A stretch of DNA of 64,000 nucleotides. Origin: Candidatus Latescibacterota bacterium. GTDB lineage: Bacteria > Latescibacterota > UBA2968 > UBA8231. Position 1 is the first letter of the stretch. Every line of letters starts with the position of its first letter. This document shows, piece by piece, positions 18,837 through 29,071 of the stretch. The notes below the pieces were generated by a model. That model saw only the letters and a list, made by a program, of their open reading frames with translations, did not search any database and had not been told where the DNA came from. Made by a program: the position numbers and the translations under genes. The stretch spans positions 4,704,001-4,768,000 of the forward strand of contig OZ253462.1 in NCBI GenBank assembly GCA_965261395.1. Direction: 5' to 3'.

Positions 18837-19861
18837 TAGGCGAACCGCCCTTTCCACTCGCGGGCCTGTACCCGCGCATCGCCTAAGAAAACCTCGGCGA
18901 AGAAACAGCAAAGAGCTAATAGTAAGGGCCATTGGAAACGCTCCTGATAGCGGGTGAGGCGAGTCGAGCCGATTTCGCGCTGATCCATCTCGGCGATCTG
19001 GTCGTATAAGGCTGCTAACTCCGCGCCTCCCAAAGTGCTGCGAAAGTAATCGCCCCCCGTCTCCAGTGCCATATCCTGCAAAGTGCTCTCGTCGAGCCGG
19101 GTTTTGACGTATTGGCCGCGCTTGTCTTTGTGAAAGCTCACGCCCCCGTCCTCCTCTTCGGTAGGAATGAGTTCGCCGTCGGGCGTCCCCAGCCCCACGG
19201 CAAAAATGCGCACGCCCTGTCCGGCGGCGGCCTGCGCTGCCGCCAGCGGCTGCCCAATGTGATCCTCGCCATCGGTGAAGAGCACGATGGCTTTGTGCTG
19301 GCCCTCGCCTTCCTCAAACGAGCGCGTGGCCAGCCGTACAGCGTCGCCAATAGCCGTCCCCTGGACGGGTACAACCCCGGCGTCCAGTACATCGAGAAAC
19401 AGTTCCACGGCCCCGTAGTCGGTCGTCAGCGGGCATTGGACAAAGGCTTGGCCGGCAAAGACCACCAACCCGACCCGGTCGCCTTGGAGCAAGTCCAACA
19501 GGCTGCGAATTTGGTATTTGGCCCGCGCCAAGCGACTCGGCTTGACGTCCTCGGCCTGCATGCTGCGCGACACGTCGAGTACCAGCATCACGTCCACGCC
19601 CTTGCGCTGGGCCATTTCGAGTTGGGTGCCGAATTGGGGGCCGGTCAGCGCGAGGATCGCAAAGAAGGTTCCCAGTCCCAAGAGGACGTACTTGCCCATC
19701 TGGCGACCCCGGCTCAGGTTGCGGGTCAGCTTCTCGGCCAGAGCGCTACGGGCAAAACGCGCCAAGGCGCGGCGGCGTGCCCAGAGCGCCCAAGCAAAAA
19801 AGGCCGCCAAAAAGGGCAATAGCAACAGCAGCCAAAAATTGTACAAGTTCGCAAAGCGCAT
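18836..19861 (-). CDS. BatB-like VWA domain protein
   Basis: MIDAS DVSRSM, PSRL, QCPLTTDY and TDGE. Confidence 0.88.
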   Translation of the reverse strand: MRFANLYNFWLLLLLPFLAAFFAWALWARRRALARFARSALAEKLTRNLSRGRQMGKYVLLGLGTFFAILALTGPQFGTQLEMAQRKGVDVMLVLDVSRSMQAEDVKPSRLARAKYQIRSLLDLLQGDRVGLVVFAGQAFVQCPLTTDYGAVELFLDVLDAGVVPVQGTAIGDAVRLATRSFEEGEGQHKAIVLFTDGEDHIGQPLAAAQAAAGQGVRIFAVGLGTPDGELIPTEEEDGGVSFHKDKRGQYVKTRLDESTLQDMALETGGDYFRSTLGGAELAALYDQIAEMDQREIGSTRLTRYQERFQWPLLLALCCFFAEVFLGDARVQAREWKGRFA

Positions 19862-19867
19862 AAAAAC

Positions 19868-20872
19868 TCAGGGCAGGGAGCGGAAGCGGGTATGGGCCAA
19901 CAGCATCTCCACCAACAGCAGGCCCAAGCCCACGTAAAGAAAATAGGCGAAGCGCTCCGAGTAGTTCAGGTGGATTGAGGATTTGATCTCGGTTGCCTCT
20001 AACTCGCCGATTTCGCTATAGATGGCCTCTAGCTTTTCCTCGCTGGTCGCCCGAAAGTACTGGCCGCCGGTGCGCGCAGCTACCTCTTGTAAGGTCTCCT
20101 CGTCGATCTCCACCTGGACGGTCTGATAGCGGGTGCCGAAAATCCCGCGCACGGGCCGGCGAATCTCCCCGTCGCTGCCCACGCCAATCGTATAGACCCG
20201 AATGCCCACGGCTGCGGCCACCTCGGCCGCGGTCAACGGCTCGACCTCGCCGGCGTTGTTCACGCCATCGGTCAGCAGGATAATCACCCGGCTTTCGGCG
20301 TCCGAGTCGCGCAGGCGATTGCAGGCGTTGATCAGCGCCATGCCAATGGCCGTGCCATCCCATTCCTCGCCGGCGATTTCCACGCCTTCGAGAAACTCCA
20401 ACAGCACTCGATAGTCGAGGGTCAGCGGGCACTGCGTGAAGCTTTCGCCGGCAAAGACGACCATGCCGATGCGGTCGCTGTGACGGCCGGAGATAAAGTC
20501 GGCCACCACTTCCTTGGCCACCTGTAAGCGGTTCTTCTGGCCCTCGGCTAGGTCATTCAGCTCCATGCTCGACGAGATGTCTAAGGTCAGCATGATGTCG
20601 ATGCCCTCGCCCGATATTTCCCGCACCTCGCGCCCGGCTTGCGGGCGGGCCATCGCCGCGATGAGGCAGCCCAAGCCGAGCATCTTCAAAACGAGGAGGC
20701 CGTGCCGGAGCTTGGTCCACAGCGACGCTGTGGCGCGGCGCAACACGCCGAGATCGGAAAACTGCACGCTGCTCTGGCGGCCTCGGTGCGCGCGCACATA
20801 GCTGTAGAGCAGAACGGGCAACAGCAGGAGTAGCAACAGCCACTCGGGGTTCTCAAACCGGATGTTCTGCAT
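19868..20872 (-). CDS. BatA-like VWA domain protein
   Basis: RFENPEWL N-terminus, ARPQ, MIDAS DISSSM, GTAIG and LLTDG. Start moved to ATG 20872. Confidence 0.88.
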   Translation of the reverse strand: MQNIRFENPEWLLLLLLLPVLLYSYVRAHRGRQSSVQFSDLGVLRRATASLWTKLRHGLLVLKMLGLGCLIAAMARPQAGREVREISGEGIDIMLTLDISSSMELNDLAEGQKNRLQVAKEVVADFISGRHSDRIGMVVFAGESFTQCPLTLDYRVLLEFLEGVEIAGEEWDGTAIGMALINACNRLRDSDAESRVIILLTDGVNNAGEVEPLTAAEVAAAVGIRVYTIGVGSDGEIRRPVRGIFGTRYQTVQVEIDEETLQEVAARTGGQYFRATSEEKLEAIYSEIGELEATEIKSSIHLNYSERFAYFLYVGLGLLLVEMLLAHTRFRSLP

Positions 20873-21785
20873 GAGTCTCAGCAGCGCGGGTTGCGATCGC
20901 TTCCTCAATAGCACGCAATATGGCGAGGCCGACATCCGGTGCGCGCCGGGCCGCGTCCAGCGCCGGATGGAAGCGGGCGAACTTCACCAAGTCGGCCTCG
21001 CCCAAATAGTCGAGTATCCGCTGCCTAAGAGCGGCATCGACCTCGGCCTCCCGCAGCGCGTCCGCCAGCTCGGACGTGGTCTGCTCCATCGCCTCAATGG
21101 TCAGGCTCTGCTCCAAGAAGCGGCGCAGATTTTCCGCCAGCAGCGAGTAGTATGTTTTGAACTCACCGCGCTCCAACAGGCCGCTCTCGGCGATGCGCGC
21201 GAATTCAGCCGCGTAGTCTATCGGCTCGGGCGGGGGCGGAGGCTCCAGGGTGCGGGTGCGACGACGCCAGAGCCAAACGCCGCCGAGCGCGCAAAGCACC
21301 AACGCCAGCAGGCCGATTACTACGACCACCCACAACGGCACCCCGCCGACGACGATTACGGGCGGTTTGATGTCGCGCGGTTGGTCCTCCCCTTCGCTCC
21401 GGGCGCTGATGACCTCTATGGCTAAGGGTTGAGTCGCGCGCAGGAGCGTGTCGCCCGCAGCGGTGACAAAGGGCACGGCCACGGCCGGCACCTCGTGTAG
21501 CCCCAGCTCGTAGAGACGCAGTTCGCATTCTTGCGCCAGCTCGAAGCCAGTCGCGACCTCGCGTTGGTTCCAGCCGGCGCAGCGGGGGGCAAAATCCCGG
21601 AGGATCTGGGACAGGTCCGGGGCCTCGGGACGCGCGGTGGCGTCGTGGTGAAGGGTCAACGTCAGGCGGATGGGATCGCCGACCCGAGCCGCCGCGGTGT
21701 CCAAGGTCGCCTCGGCCCGAGGGATTTGGGCGTGCAGCCCCTCGGCGAGAACGACCAGCGCGGCGAACAGACCGCCGATATACAT
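20853..21785 (-). CDS. Bat-associated membrane protein (DUF4381/BatD-like)
   Basis: Signal peptide, RDIKPP, single TM, MEQTTSE and ADLVKFA. Lies directly upstream of batA. Confidence 0.7.
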   Translation of the reverse strand: MYIGGLFAALVVLAEGLHAQIPRAEATLDTAAARVGDPIRLTLTLHHDATARPEAPDLSQILRDFAPRCAGWNQREVATGFELAQECELRLYELGLHEVPAVAVPFVTAAGDTLLRATQPLAIEVISARSEGEDQPRDIKPPVIVVGGVPLWVVVVIGLLALVLCALGGVWLWRRRTRTLEPPPPPEPIDYAAEFARIAESGLLERGEFKTYYSLLAENLRRFLEQSLTIEAMEQTTSELADALREAEVDAALRQRILDYLGEADLVKFARFHPALDAARRAPDVGLAILRAIEEAIATRAAETHAEHPV

Positions 21786-23197
21786 TACGGACTGTCAGCG
21801 CCGCCGTCGTTGGGGTCTTCGCTACTGGCGGCGGGTGCAGCCGGCTTTTTGGGAGCTTGCGCCACGTCGTCTAGGCCCAAATCCAACTCGGCGAGGTCGT
21901 CGACACTCACGACGTACACCGCGTCGTCGCCTTCTTGTTGCAGGTACGAGGTCCCGGCGGCTTGGCTGAAGCGAGCGGTCAGCAGGGCTTGCTCTCCGCC
22001 GCTAAGCTCGATACTAAAGGCGGGCGCGGCCTCGGCAGGTAGCTCGGCGGCAAAACCCTCGACTTCGAGTTGCTCCAAGTCGCTCAGGAGGCTGTTGAGC
22101 TTCCACGATTTGGCGTCGCGCCCCACCGGCTCGGACAAATGCCACACCCCGCTGGTGTCCTTGTCGGCCGCAAACGCGGGCGCAGCTCCGCGAATCAGGA
22201 CGATGTGCTCGACCTGCTCGCGCGCAAAGCGCAAGGGCTTTTTGTCGCGCAGGTCGGAAATGTCCTTGGTAAGCTCTTGCACCAGCGTCGAATCAACCAA
22301 GAAAACTTGCGGCCGGCTGGCGTCGCGCGCGTACCAACGGCCCTGTTGGTCCACGCCGCCAATGGCCAAGCGCTTCTCGGCCCGGTCTTCGCCGACGAGC
22401 AGGGCGATCTCCACCTGCGGAGCGCTCCCCAAGCCATAGGTGGCCAAGGCGTCGGCGTCTGGATCTTCGGCGACAAAAGCCTCGATCTCGGCTTGGTCGA
22501 GTTTGTCGAGTAGGCCGCCCACCGCGTCGGCGTCGGCCCGGGCAGCTACCGGCTCGCGCAATTGCCAGCCAAGCTCGGCCCGCGCCAGCATAGCTGCGCC
22601 GCCCGCACCCCACCGCTGCACCTGCATCACCTCGTCTTTGGCAAAGGCCAGCACCCGGCGGTCGCGTAGGTCAAAAGCGCGCTTGTCGAAGTTGTCGAAG
22701 CGCCAAGCGCGCATCACAAAGATCTCGGGATTGTCGCCTTGTAGTTGGGCGTAGGTGAAGCGGTCGGTGGGGCTGTCCGCTCCGAAAGCCACCACCTGCT
22801 CGGCGCCGTCCTCGGTTTGCAGCCGCACTTTGAGCCTCGGTGCGTCAAGCCCGTATTGGGCAGCTTCCTCGGCGCTCGCCGCCGCGCTATCGACGACCAC
22901 CTTTTCCCGCTCGCACTCGCGCAAATTGCGCAAGTAGCGCTCCACGGCCTCTTGGTCTGCACCGTCGGTCATGGGTGCGCTCAGGTTCCAGCCGCTCGCC
23001 CCCTTGTCCAACGCCAAGGCATCGCTGCCGCGCAACAGCTCGAGCCGCTGTGCGTCGCCGTCTTGGAAGGCGAATAGCTGCTTGGATTTTTCGGCTTCTT
23101 CGCGGCGCTCCTCGCCGCCTTTGATCTCGTAGAAATAGACAAAGGCCAACAGCGCCAAGAAGACTGCACCAATTACGGCATTGGTCTTGAATTTCAT
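21785..23197 (-). CDS. DUF4340 domain protein (Gld-type ABC accessory)
   Basis: N-terminal anchor, repeated W-L--P...AD and YGL--P units, and DLRD repeats. ATGA overlap with the upstream gene. Confidence 0.75.
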   Translation of the reverse strand: MKFKTNAVIGAVFLALLAFVYFYEIKGGEERREEAEKSKQLFAFQDGDAQRLELLRGSDALALDKGASGWNLSAPMTDGADQEAVERYLRNLRECEREKVVVDSAAASAEEAAQYGLDAPRLKVRLQTEDGAEQVVAFGADSPTDRFTYAQLQGDNPEIFVMRAWRFDNFDKRAFDLRDRRVLAFAKDEVMQVQRWGAGGAAMLARAELGWQLREPVAARADADAVGGLLDKLDQAEIEAFVAEDPDADALATYGLGSAPQVEIALLVGEDRAEKRLAIGGVDQQGRWYARDASRPQVFLVDSTLVQELTKDISDLRDKKPLRFAREQVEHIVLIRGAAPAFAADKDTSGVWHLSEPVGRDAKSWKLNSLLSDLEQLEVEGFAAELPAEAAPAFSIELSGGEQALLTARFSQAAGTSYLQQEGDDAVYVVSVDDLAELDLGLDDVAQAPKKPAAPAASSEDPNDGGADSP

Positions 23198-26100
23198 GCT
23201 AGCTCCTCTTGTACAAAGACCTTTTTGATCCACACGAGAATCGCCGCGTTGACCACGAAGACCGCGGCGTAAAGCAACTGGACCGTCTCGTTGGGAATCA
23301 GCGAGAAACCAAAGCTGGCGCCAGTGAAAATCGTCAGGGCGACCACGCCGGCGCACAACACGGAAAACACCAAGCCGGACTGCCAAGCCCACGCCGCGTG
23401 CCGATAGAGACCGTAGCCAATGGCCGCCGAGGCCAAGGCCGCGATCAATTTGACCTCGCCTTCAAAGATCGTCCCCTCGCTGGTGGCAATGATACCGCTG
23501 ATGAAGAAGAACATCGCATTGCCCCAAAAGATGTACACCAGCCACGAGACAAAGCCGTCGGCATAGGTCTGATAGCCGCGCCGGAGCACCATGACCATGC
23601 CCGACAAAGCGACTGCAAAGGGCAGCATGAACACCGAAACCCAGAGAATGACCGAGCCCTGATTGCCAATCAGGTTAATGGGATTAAAGGCGGGTTGCTT
23701 GTCGGCGATGGCTAGGCGGTCTTCGCCCTCGGTGAGCCAGCCGACGCTGCCGACCAACAACTCGCCATTGGCCTGCTGGGCAAAGTACTGGTTGGAGGCA
23801 AAATCCGCGTCGCCGATAACCACCAGTCGCGTCCGTCCCTCGGACGCCAAGCTGGTATCAGCCGCCGCGGAGACCGCCACGCCCAGCGGCACCGGGCCGC
23901 GCATATCCATTTCCGGGTCGAACTCCACCTCGCCGCCCTCGCCCACTATCGGCGCTAAGTCGGTTTCGCCCCAACTGCTTTTGTGGGTGTACGCCAATGC
24001 GGCGATGTCTGGCTCCTTGAGCCGATGCTCGGTGAGCTGCACCGAGCGCGCCAGCGGGAAGAAGCTCATCGTGCCAGCGGATAGCTTTTGGGTGATCGGA
24101 TGATCGCCGTAGTTGATGACCACCGGCACCGAGACATCCGCGCCAAAGAGCTGGCCCAAGCCGCTCAGATCGACGACAAAGTCCTGCCCTAGCTCAACCG
24201 AGTATTCGTTCAACAGCGCTTCGAGCCCGGTCGGCTGGCCTGGATCGAGCAAAAACAGCGCACTGCCCCCGCCGGCCAAGTATTGCCGCAGCACTTCGGC
24301 GTCGGCCGCAGCAAAGCGCTCCTTTGGCCCCAAAACCACCACTAATGTGGCGTCGTCGGGCACCGGCTCAGCGAGCGTCAGCCCTCCCTCGACCGCGAAG
24401 TTTAGCTCCTTGAGGCGGCCTTTGAGGGTGGAATAACCCTGCTCATCGACTTGGTCCAGCTCGGCCTCGCCGTGGCCGCTGGTGAAATAGGCCCTTAGCT
24501 CGCGGCCTTTGAGCGCCTTGAGAATGGCATTGCTCAACGCCTCTTCGCTCTGGGCGGTAATGCGCTCGCTGCGCACCTGCCCTTCCTCGATCACTTCAAT
24601 AATCGAGGTCCCGCGCTCGCGGATGTTGTTCTGCTCAACGCGCAGCCGGTTCTTCTGCGGGTCCAACAGCTCGTAGTCGAAGTTGGACGACAGATAGCTG
24701 TACTCCTTTAAGAGGTCCTCAAAGCGCACGTTCTCCATCTCGCCCATGAAGGTCTTGACGCTGACGTACTGGCCGTTGTCTTCGAGCGGCGCGAGGAGCC
24801 TGTGGGTGTCGTCGGAGAGGGTAAAGAGCGCGTCGGCGGTCATGTCCTTGCGGAGGTGGTAGCGGTCGCCGAGGAAGTTGACCAGCGCGGCAATGCCGAG
24901 CGAAATCACAATGCCCAACCCGGCCGCGCTCAAGTCGGCCAAGCTCCAGCGCCCCTTGCGCGAGACGACCACAATGCCGACCAAGGCGATCAGCCCCGGA
25001 TAGAGCACCACGCTGAGCCAGAAAATCCACTCGCTGTCGCTCTCGGTCAGGGCGATGGGATTGTGGCCTGGCTCGCGGGGGCGAATCGAGATCAGGGCTT
25101 CGTCCTCGGCCAGCCAGCTCAGGGCATTGAGGGCCAAGTCGCCGTTGCCCTGGACGCCGAAGTATTGGTTGGTGGCAAAGTCCGAATCCCCAAAGACCAC
25201 CAAGCGACCCCCGGCCTCGGTGTCTAGGACGGCGACGGCCAAGGACACCGGCCCGGGCTGATCGACGCCCTCGTCGAGTTTGACCGTCTGATTGCCCTCG
25301 CTGGTGAGCACGCTCAAGTCGGTCTCGGCCCAACCGGCCTCCGATGTCTGGACTAGGGCGGTCCCCTCGCGGCCGCTGCGCTCGTCAAAGCGCACCGAGC
25401 GCCCGAGTTGGAAGAAGGTCATCATGCCTTGGTGCTTGCGCGTGACTGGGTGGTCGCCGTAGGAGAGGGCAACCGGCGTGGTAAAGTCGAGGCCAAAGAG
25501 CGAGCCAATGCCGCTGGTGTCGATGACAAAGTCGTCGCCGACCGCCACGCCCCACTCGCCCAACAGCTCTTCTAGGCCGCTGTCGGCGAGGGGGTCCAAG
25601 AGCAACAGCAGGGCACCGCCTGCTGCTAGGTAGGAGCGGATGGCCTCGACCTCCACCGGGAAGAAAGGCGTGCGCGGGCCAGCTATGACCAGCACGGCGC
25701 AATTTTCGGGCACCACTCCCTCGCGAGCGAGGAACAGCGAATCCTCGACCGCGTAGTCGATTTCCACCAATTGGGCCTGTAGCTGTTCTAGTCCCTCGGG
25801 TTGGTTGACGAGCCGGCGCTCGCCGTGCCCCACCGTCAAGTAGATCCGGTCTTGGCGCTCTCGCGTTAGCTTGAGTAGCGAGTTGACGATCTCGCGCTCT
25901 TCGAGTTCGGTGATTTGCTGTTGTTTGTCGCCGCTTTCCAACACCAGCGTGTCGTAGCGGCGGATGCCGTATTCCTCAGTGCGAAGCGGGTCGCGGTCCG
26001 GGTCGATAAACTCGTAGCTGAAGCGAGTGTTGTACGTCTCCAACTCGGCCAGCAGCAGTTTGAGTCCGGCGTTCTCCCCCCCCTCCATAAAGGCGAGGGC

Positions 26101-26445
26101 GTGGACATCCCTGTCCAAAGCCTTGAGCGTCTCCACCGTCAGGTCGGAGAGGCTGTGTAGCTGGCCCTCGGTCAGGTCGAAGCGCTCGGGATAGCGGTTG
26201 CCCAAAAAATTGATCATGGCCACAATGCCGAAGACCATGATGCCGCCCCAAAAGGCGTTGAGCCAGCGGCCGTACTGGCGGAAGAGCGTCGGGTTGAGCA
26301 GCCCAGCCGCGGCCACCATCAGGGCACCGAGTGCCAAGTTGAAAAGCCCGATTGAGCCGCTTTCGGCGTTGAGCAGATAGGCCGAGCCACCCGCGACCAT
26401 CAGCGCCGCGCCGACCAGCCCCAAGGGAGTGGTATATGCCTTCAT
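23194..26445 (-). CDS. GldG-like ABC auxiliary protein, internally duplicated, with extra C-terminal TM helices
   Basis: Two copies each of DxT...LS..T, Y.T.GHGE and GD.DFA.NQYF...N..L. Confidence 0.82.
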   Translation of the reverse strand: MKAYTTPLGLVGAALMVAGGSAYLLNAESGSIGLFNLALGALMVAAAGLLNPTLFRQYGRWLNAFWGGIMVFGIVAMINFLGNRYPERFDLTEGQLHSLSDLTVETLKALDRDVHALAFMEGGENAGLKLLLAELETYNTRFSYEFIDPDRDPLRTEEYGIRRYDTLVLESGDKQQQITELEEREIVNSLLKLTRERQDRIYLTVGHGERRLVNQPEGLEQLQAQLVEIDYAVEDSLFLAREGVVPENCAVLVIAGPRTPFFPVEVEAIRSYLAAGGALLLLLDPLADSGLEELLGEWGVAVGDDFVIDTSGIGSLFGLDFTTPVALSYGDHPVTRKHQGMMTFFQLGRSVRFDERSGREGTALVQTSEAGWAETDLSVLTSEGNQTVKLDEGVDQPGPVSLAVAVLDTEAGGRLVVFGDSDFATNQYFGVQGNGDLALNALSWLAEDEALISIRPREPGHNPIALTESDSEWIFWLSVVLYPGLIALVGIVVVSRKGRWSLADLSAAGLGIVISLGIAALVNFLGDRYHLRKDMTADALFTLSDDTHRLLAPLEDNGQYVSVKTFMGEMENVRFEDLLKEYSYLSSNFDYELLDPQKNRLRVEQNNIRERGTSIIEVIEEGQVRSERITAQSEEALSNAILKALKGRELRAYFTSGHGEAELDQVDEQGYSTLKGRLKELNFAVEGGLTLAEPVPDDATLVVVLGPKERFAAADAEVLRQYLAGGGSALFLLDPGQPTGLEALLNEYSVELGQDFVVDLSGLGQLFGADVSVPVVINYGDHPITQKLSAGTMSFFPLARSVQLTEHRLKEPDIAALAYTHKSSWGETDLAPIVGEGGEVEFDPEMDMRGPVPLGVAVSAAADTSLASEGRTRLVVIGDADFASNQYFAQQANGELLVGSVGWLTEGEDRLAIADKQPAFNPINLIGNQGSVILWVSVFMLPFAVALSGMVMVLRRGYQTYADGFVSWLVYIFWGNAMFFFISGIIATSEGTIFEGEVKLIAALASAAIGYGLYRHAAWAWQSGLVFSVLCAGVVALTIFTGASFGFSLIPNETVQLLYAAVFVVNAAILVWIKKVFVQEELA

Positions 26446-26447
26446 GC

Positions 26448-27230
26448 TCAGCGCCTCCATCTCCGTGATTCAATGACGCGCGTGGTCAAAAACAAGCAGA
26501 AAAAGGTAAAGCTTAGATAAAACACCACGTCCTTGGTGTCGATGACTCCGCGCTGGAAATCTTCGAGGTGATCTATAAAGGAGAGGTACTGCAGGATTTT
26601 GGCGGCCGTCGGGCCGGCAAAGCTAGCCGACCAGTCGATGAGCCAAAAAAGGAGCAACATGCCAAAGGTCAACAGCACGGCGACGATCTGGTTTTCAGTC
26701 AGCGCCGAGGCTAGGATGCCCACGGAGATAAAGGTCGCGCCGAGGAACAAGTAGCCGAGATAGCCGGAAAAAATCGGCCCCCAGTCGGGCGAACCGTACA
26801 CTTCGAGGATGACAAAGTAAATCAGTGTCAGGCTGACGATGATGCAGTAGAGCGAAAAGCAGGCCAAGAACTTGCCCAGCATCACTTCGATGGTGCGCAG
26901 CGGCGAGGTCATCAGCAATTCAATGGTGCCGGATTTCTTCTCCTCGGCAAAGAGCCGCATGGTCAGCATCGGGATGACCAAGAGCCAGATGAAGTCCATG
27001 ACCGCGAAGAATTGGGTGACGACCATCTCGTTGAGATTGAGCGCTGGCATCCCCCCCATGCCCATCTGCGCCCGCTGGCCAAACTGCAAGCACCAGAGGT
27101 TGAACTGCATCAGGATATTGCGAAACAGATAGCCCGAGAGAAACAGGAACACGCCGGCGATCACATAGGCGACCGGCGAAACAAAATAGGAGCGCATCTC
27201 CTTGGTGTACACGGCGGCAAAATTGCGCAT
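26448..27230 (-). CDS. ABC-2 type permease (GldF-like)
   Basis: KEMRSYFVSPVAY, TMRLFAEEKKSGTIELLMTSP and TENQIVA. Confidence 0.88.
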   Translation of the reverse strand: MRNFAAVYTKEMRSYFVSPVAYVIAGVFLFLSGYLFRNILMQFNLWCLQFGQRAQMGMGGMPALNLNEMVVTQFFAVMDFIWLLVIPMLTMRLFAEEKKSGTIELLMTSPLRTIEVMLGKFLACFSLYCIIVSLTLIYFVILEVYGSPDWGPIFSGYLGYLFLGATFISVGILASALTENQIVAVLLTFGMLLLFWLIDWSASFAGPTAAKILQYLSFIDHLEDFQRGVIDTKDVVFYLSFTFFCLFLTTRVIESRRWRR

Positions 27231-27231
27231 T

Positions 27232-28164
27232 TTAAGCTGCTACCTCCTCGCTAGTCAGGCTCAGGAAAATGTCTTCGAGGGTCATGTCGAGCGGCCGCAA
27301 TTCGCGGAGGCTGAAGCCGCTTTCCACGACCTTGCGGGTCAGGTCGTCGCGCACGTCGGATCCGGGCGCGCTCGTTACCACGTACGTGCCCTCCTCGCCA
27401 CTGGTTTCCACCTCCAGCACGCCCTCTAGCTGGCCGATCATGCCCAGCACCTGCTCGCTGGGGCCGTCTATGTGGGCGCGCAGCACTTCGCCCTCCTTGA
27501 GCTGGGCCATGAGGCTTTCGGGCGTGCCCTGGCCGGCGATGCGGCCGTTGTGGATGATCGCCAATTGCCCGCAGGTCATGCTGACCTCCGGCAGGATGTG
27601 GGTGCTGAGAATGACCGTGTGGTCGCCCCCCAGCCCCTTGATGACCTCGCGGATCTCGATGATCTGCTTGGGGTCGAGGCCCACAGTCGGCTCGTCGAGG
27701 ATCAGCACCTCCGGCTCGTGGACGAGGGCCTGGGCCAAGCCGACGCGCTGCCGGTAGCCCTTGGACAGGTGGCCGATCACCGTGTGGCGGTGGTCGGCGA
27801 TGCCGGTTTTTTCCATGGTGTCGTCGATCCGGCTGTTGAGCGCCGCGCTGGGCACGCCCTTGATTTTGGCCACGAAGCGCAGATAGGCGTTTATCGTCAT
27901 ATCGTGGTAGAGCGGCGGCTGCTCGGGCAGGTAGCCAATGCGCTTGCGCACCTCCATGGACTCTTCGATGATGTCGAAACCAGCGACTTTGGCTTCGCCC
28001 TGCGAAGGCGGCAAATAACAGGTAAGCATGCGCATCGTCGTGGTCTTGCCCGCGCCATTCGGCCCGAGGAACCCGAGGATGACGCCCTTCTCAACGCTGA
28101 AGGACACATTCTCCACGGCGACTACATCTCCGTAGTGTTTGGACAGTTCGCGTACTTCAATCAC
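27232..28164 (-). CDS. ABC transporter ATP-binding protein (GldA-like)
   Basis: GPNGAGKTT, LSKGYRQRVG and ILDEPTVGLDP. AAGGAGG RBS. Confidence 0.92.
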   Translation of the reverse strand: MIEVRELSKHYGDVVAVENVSFSVEKGVILGFLGPNGAGKTTTMRMLTCYLPPSQGEAKVAGFDIIEESMEVRKRIGYLPEQPPLYHDMTINAYLRFVAKIKGVPSAALNSRIDDTMEKTGIADHRHTVIGHLSKGYRQRVGLAQALVHEPEVLILDEPTVGLDPKQIIEIREVIKGLGGDHTVILSTHILPEVSMTCGQLAIIHNGRIAGQGTPESLMAQLKEGEVLRAHIDGPSEQVLGMIGQLEGVLEVETSGEEGTYVVTSAPGSDVRDDLTRKVVESGFSLRELRPLDMTLEDIFLSLTSEEVAA

Positions 28165-28176
28165 GGTACTTCCTCC

Positions 28177-29052
28177 TTAGTGTCGCTGCATCCGCGCGCG
28201 AAAAAAGTGAATAAGGGGTTCGACATAAGGGCGCGACAGATCAATCGCGATTTCGTCGACGCCCGCTTTGTGCAATAGAGTACTGCGGCGCTCGGCGGCG
28301 GCCTGTTGTTCGGCAGCGAAAAACGCGCGCACGCCCTCGTGGCCGCTATCGACGAGCACCTGTTGGCCGGTCTCGGCATCTTGTAGGTTGATAAAACCAA
28401 CATCGGGTAGCTCCCACTCGCGCGGGTCGCTCACCACCACGGCGATCAAGTCGTGGCGCTGGCTCAAGTGCCGCAGCGCTGGCTCGTAGCCTTGGTCGAG
28501 AAAGTCGGAGATGACAAAAATCACGCTGCGGCGGTGCAGGACGCGGCTGAGGTATTCCAAGGCCCCGGCGATGGAGGTCTTGCGCCCCTGCGGCTGAAAG
28601 TACAGCAACTCGCGCAGGACGCGTAGCACGTGCTTGCGTCCCTTTTTCGGCGGCACGAAAACTTCGACCTCGTCGGTGAAGATGAGCAGGCCCACTCGGT
28701 CGTTGTTCTCAATCGCGCTAAAGGCCAACAGCGCCGAGACCTCAACCCCAATTTCCCCCTTCATTTGCAGCTGGGAGCCAAAGGCCCCGGACGCGCTGGC
28801 ATCTACTACCAGCACGGCAGTCAGTTCGCGCTCCTCGTCGAATATTTTGATGAACGGCGTGCCCACCCGTGCCGTCACGTTCCAGTCGATGTGGCGCACG
28901 TCGTCGCCGGGCTGATATTCACGCGCCTCGGCAAACTCCATCCCCCGCCCCTTGAACGCCGAGTGGTATTCGCCGGCGAAGAGATTGTTCACCATGCTGC
29001 GGGTGTGGATCTCGATCAGGCGAACTTTGTCGAGTATTTCTTTGGGAATCAC
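28177..29052 (-). CDS. DUF58 domain protein (MoxR-associated)
   Basis: GMEFAEAREYQPGDDVRHIDWNVTAR and ISDF. GTG start at 29052. Confidence 0.9.
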   Translation of the reverse strand: MIPKEILDKVRLIEIHTRSMVNNLFAGEYHSAFKGRGMEFAEAREYQPGDDVRHIDWNVTARVGTPFIKIFDEERELTAVLVVDASASGAFGSQLQMKGEIGVEVSALLAFSAIENNDRVGLLIFTDEVEVFVPPKKGRKHVLRVLRELLYFQPQGRKTSIAGALEYLSRVLHRRSVIFVISDFLDQGYEPALRHLSQRHDLIAVVVSDPREWELPDVGFINLQDAETGQQVLVDSGHEGVRAFFAAEQQAAAERRSTLLHKAGVDEIAIDLSRPYVEPLIHFFRARMQRH

Positions 29053-29071
29053 GGCTCGGCTCGCCTTGGCT

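Noticed and set aside
23194-28164. Gld-like genes as evidence of gliding motility
   Set aside because: GldAFG-like ABC modules occur widely in non-gliding bacteria, and no type IX secretion genes are present here.
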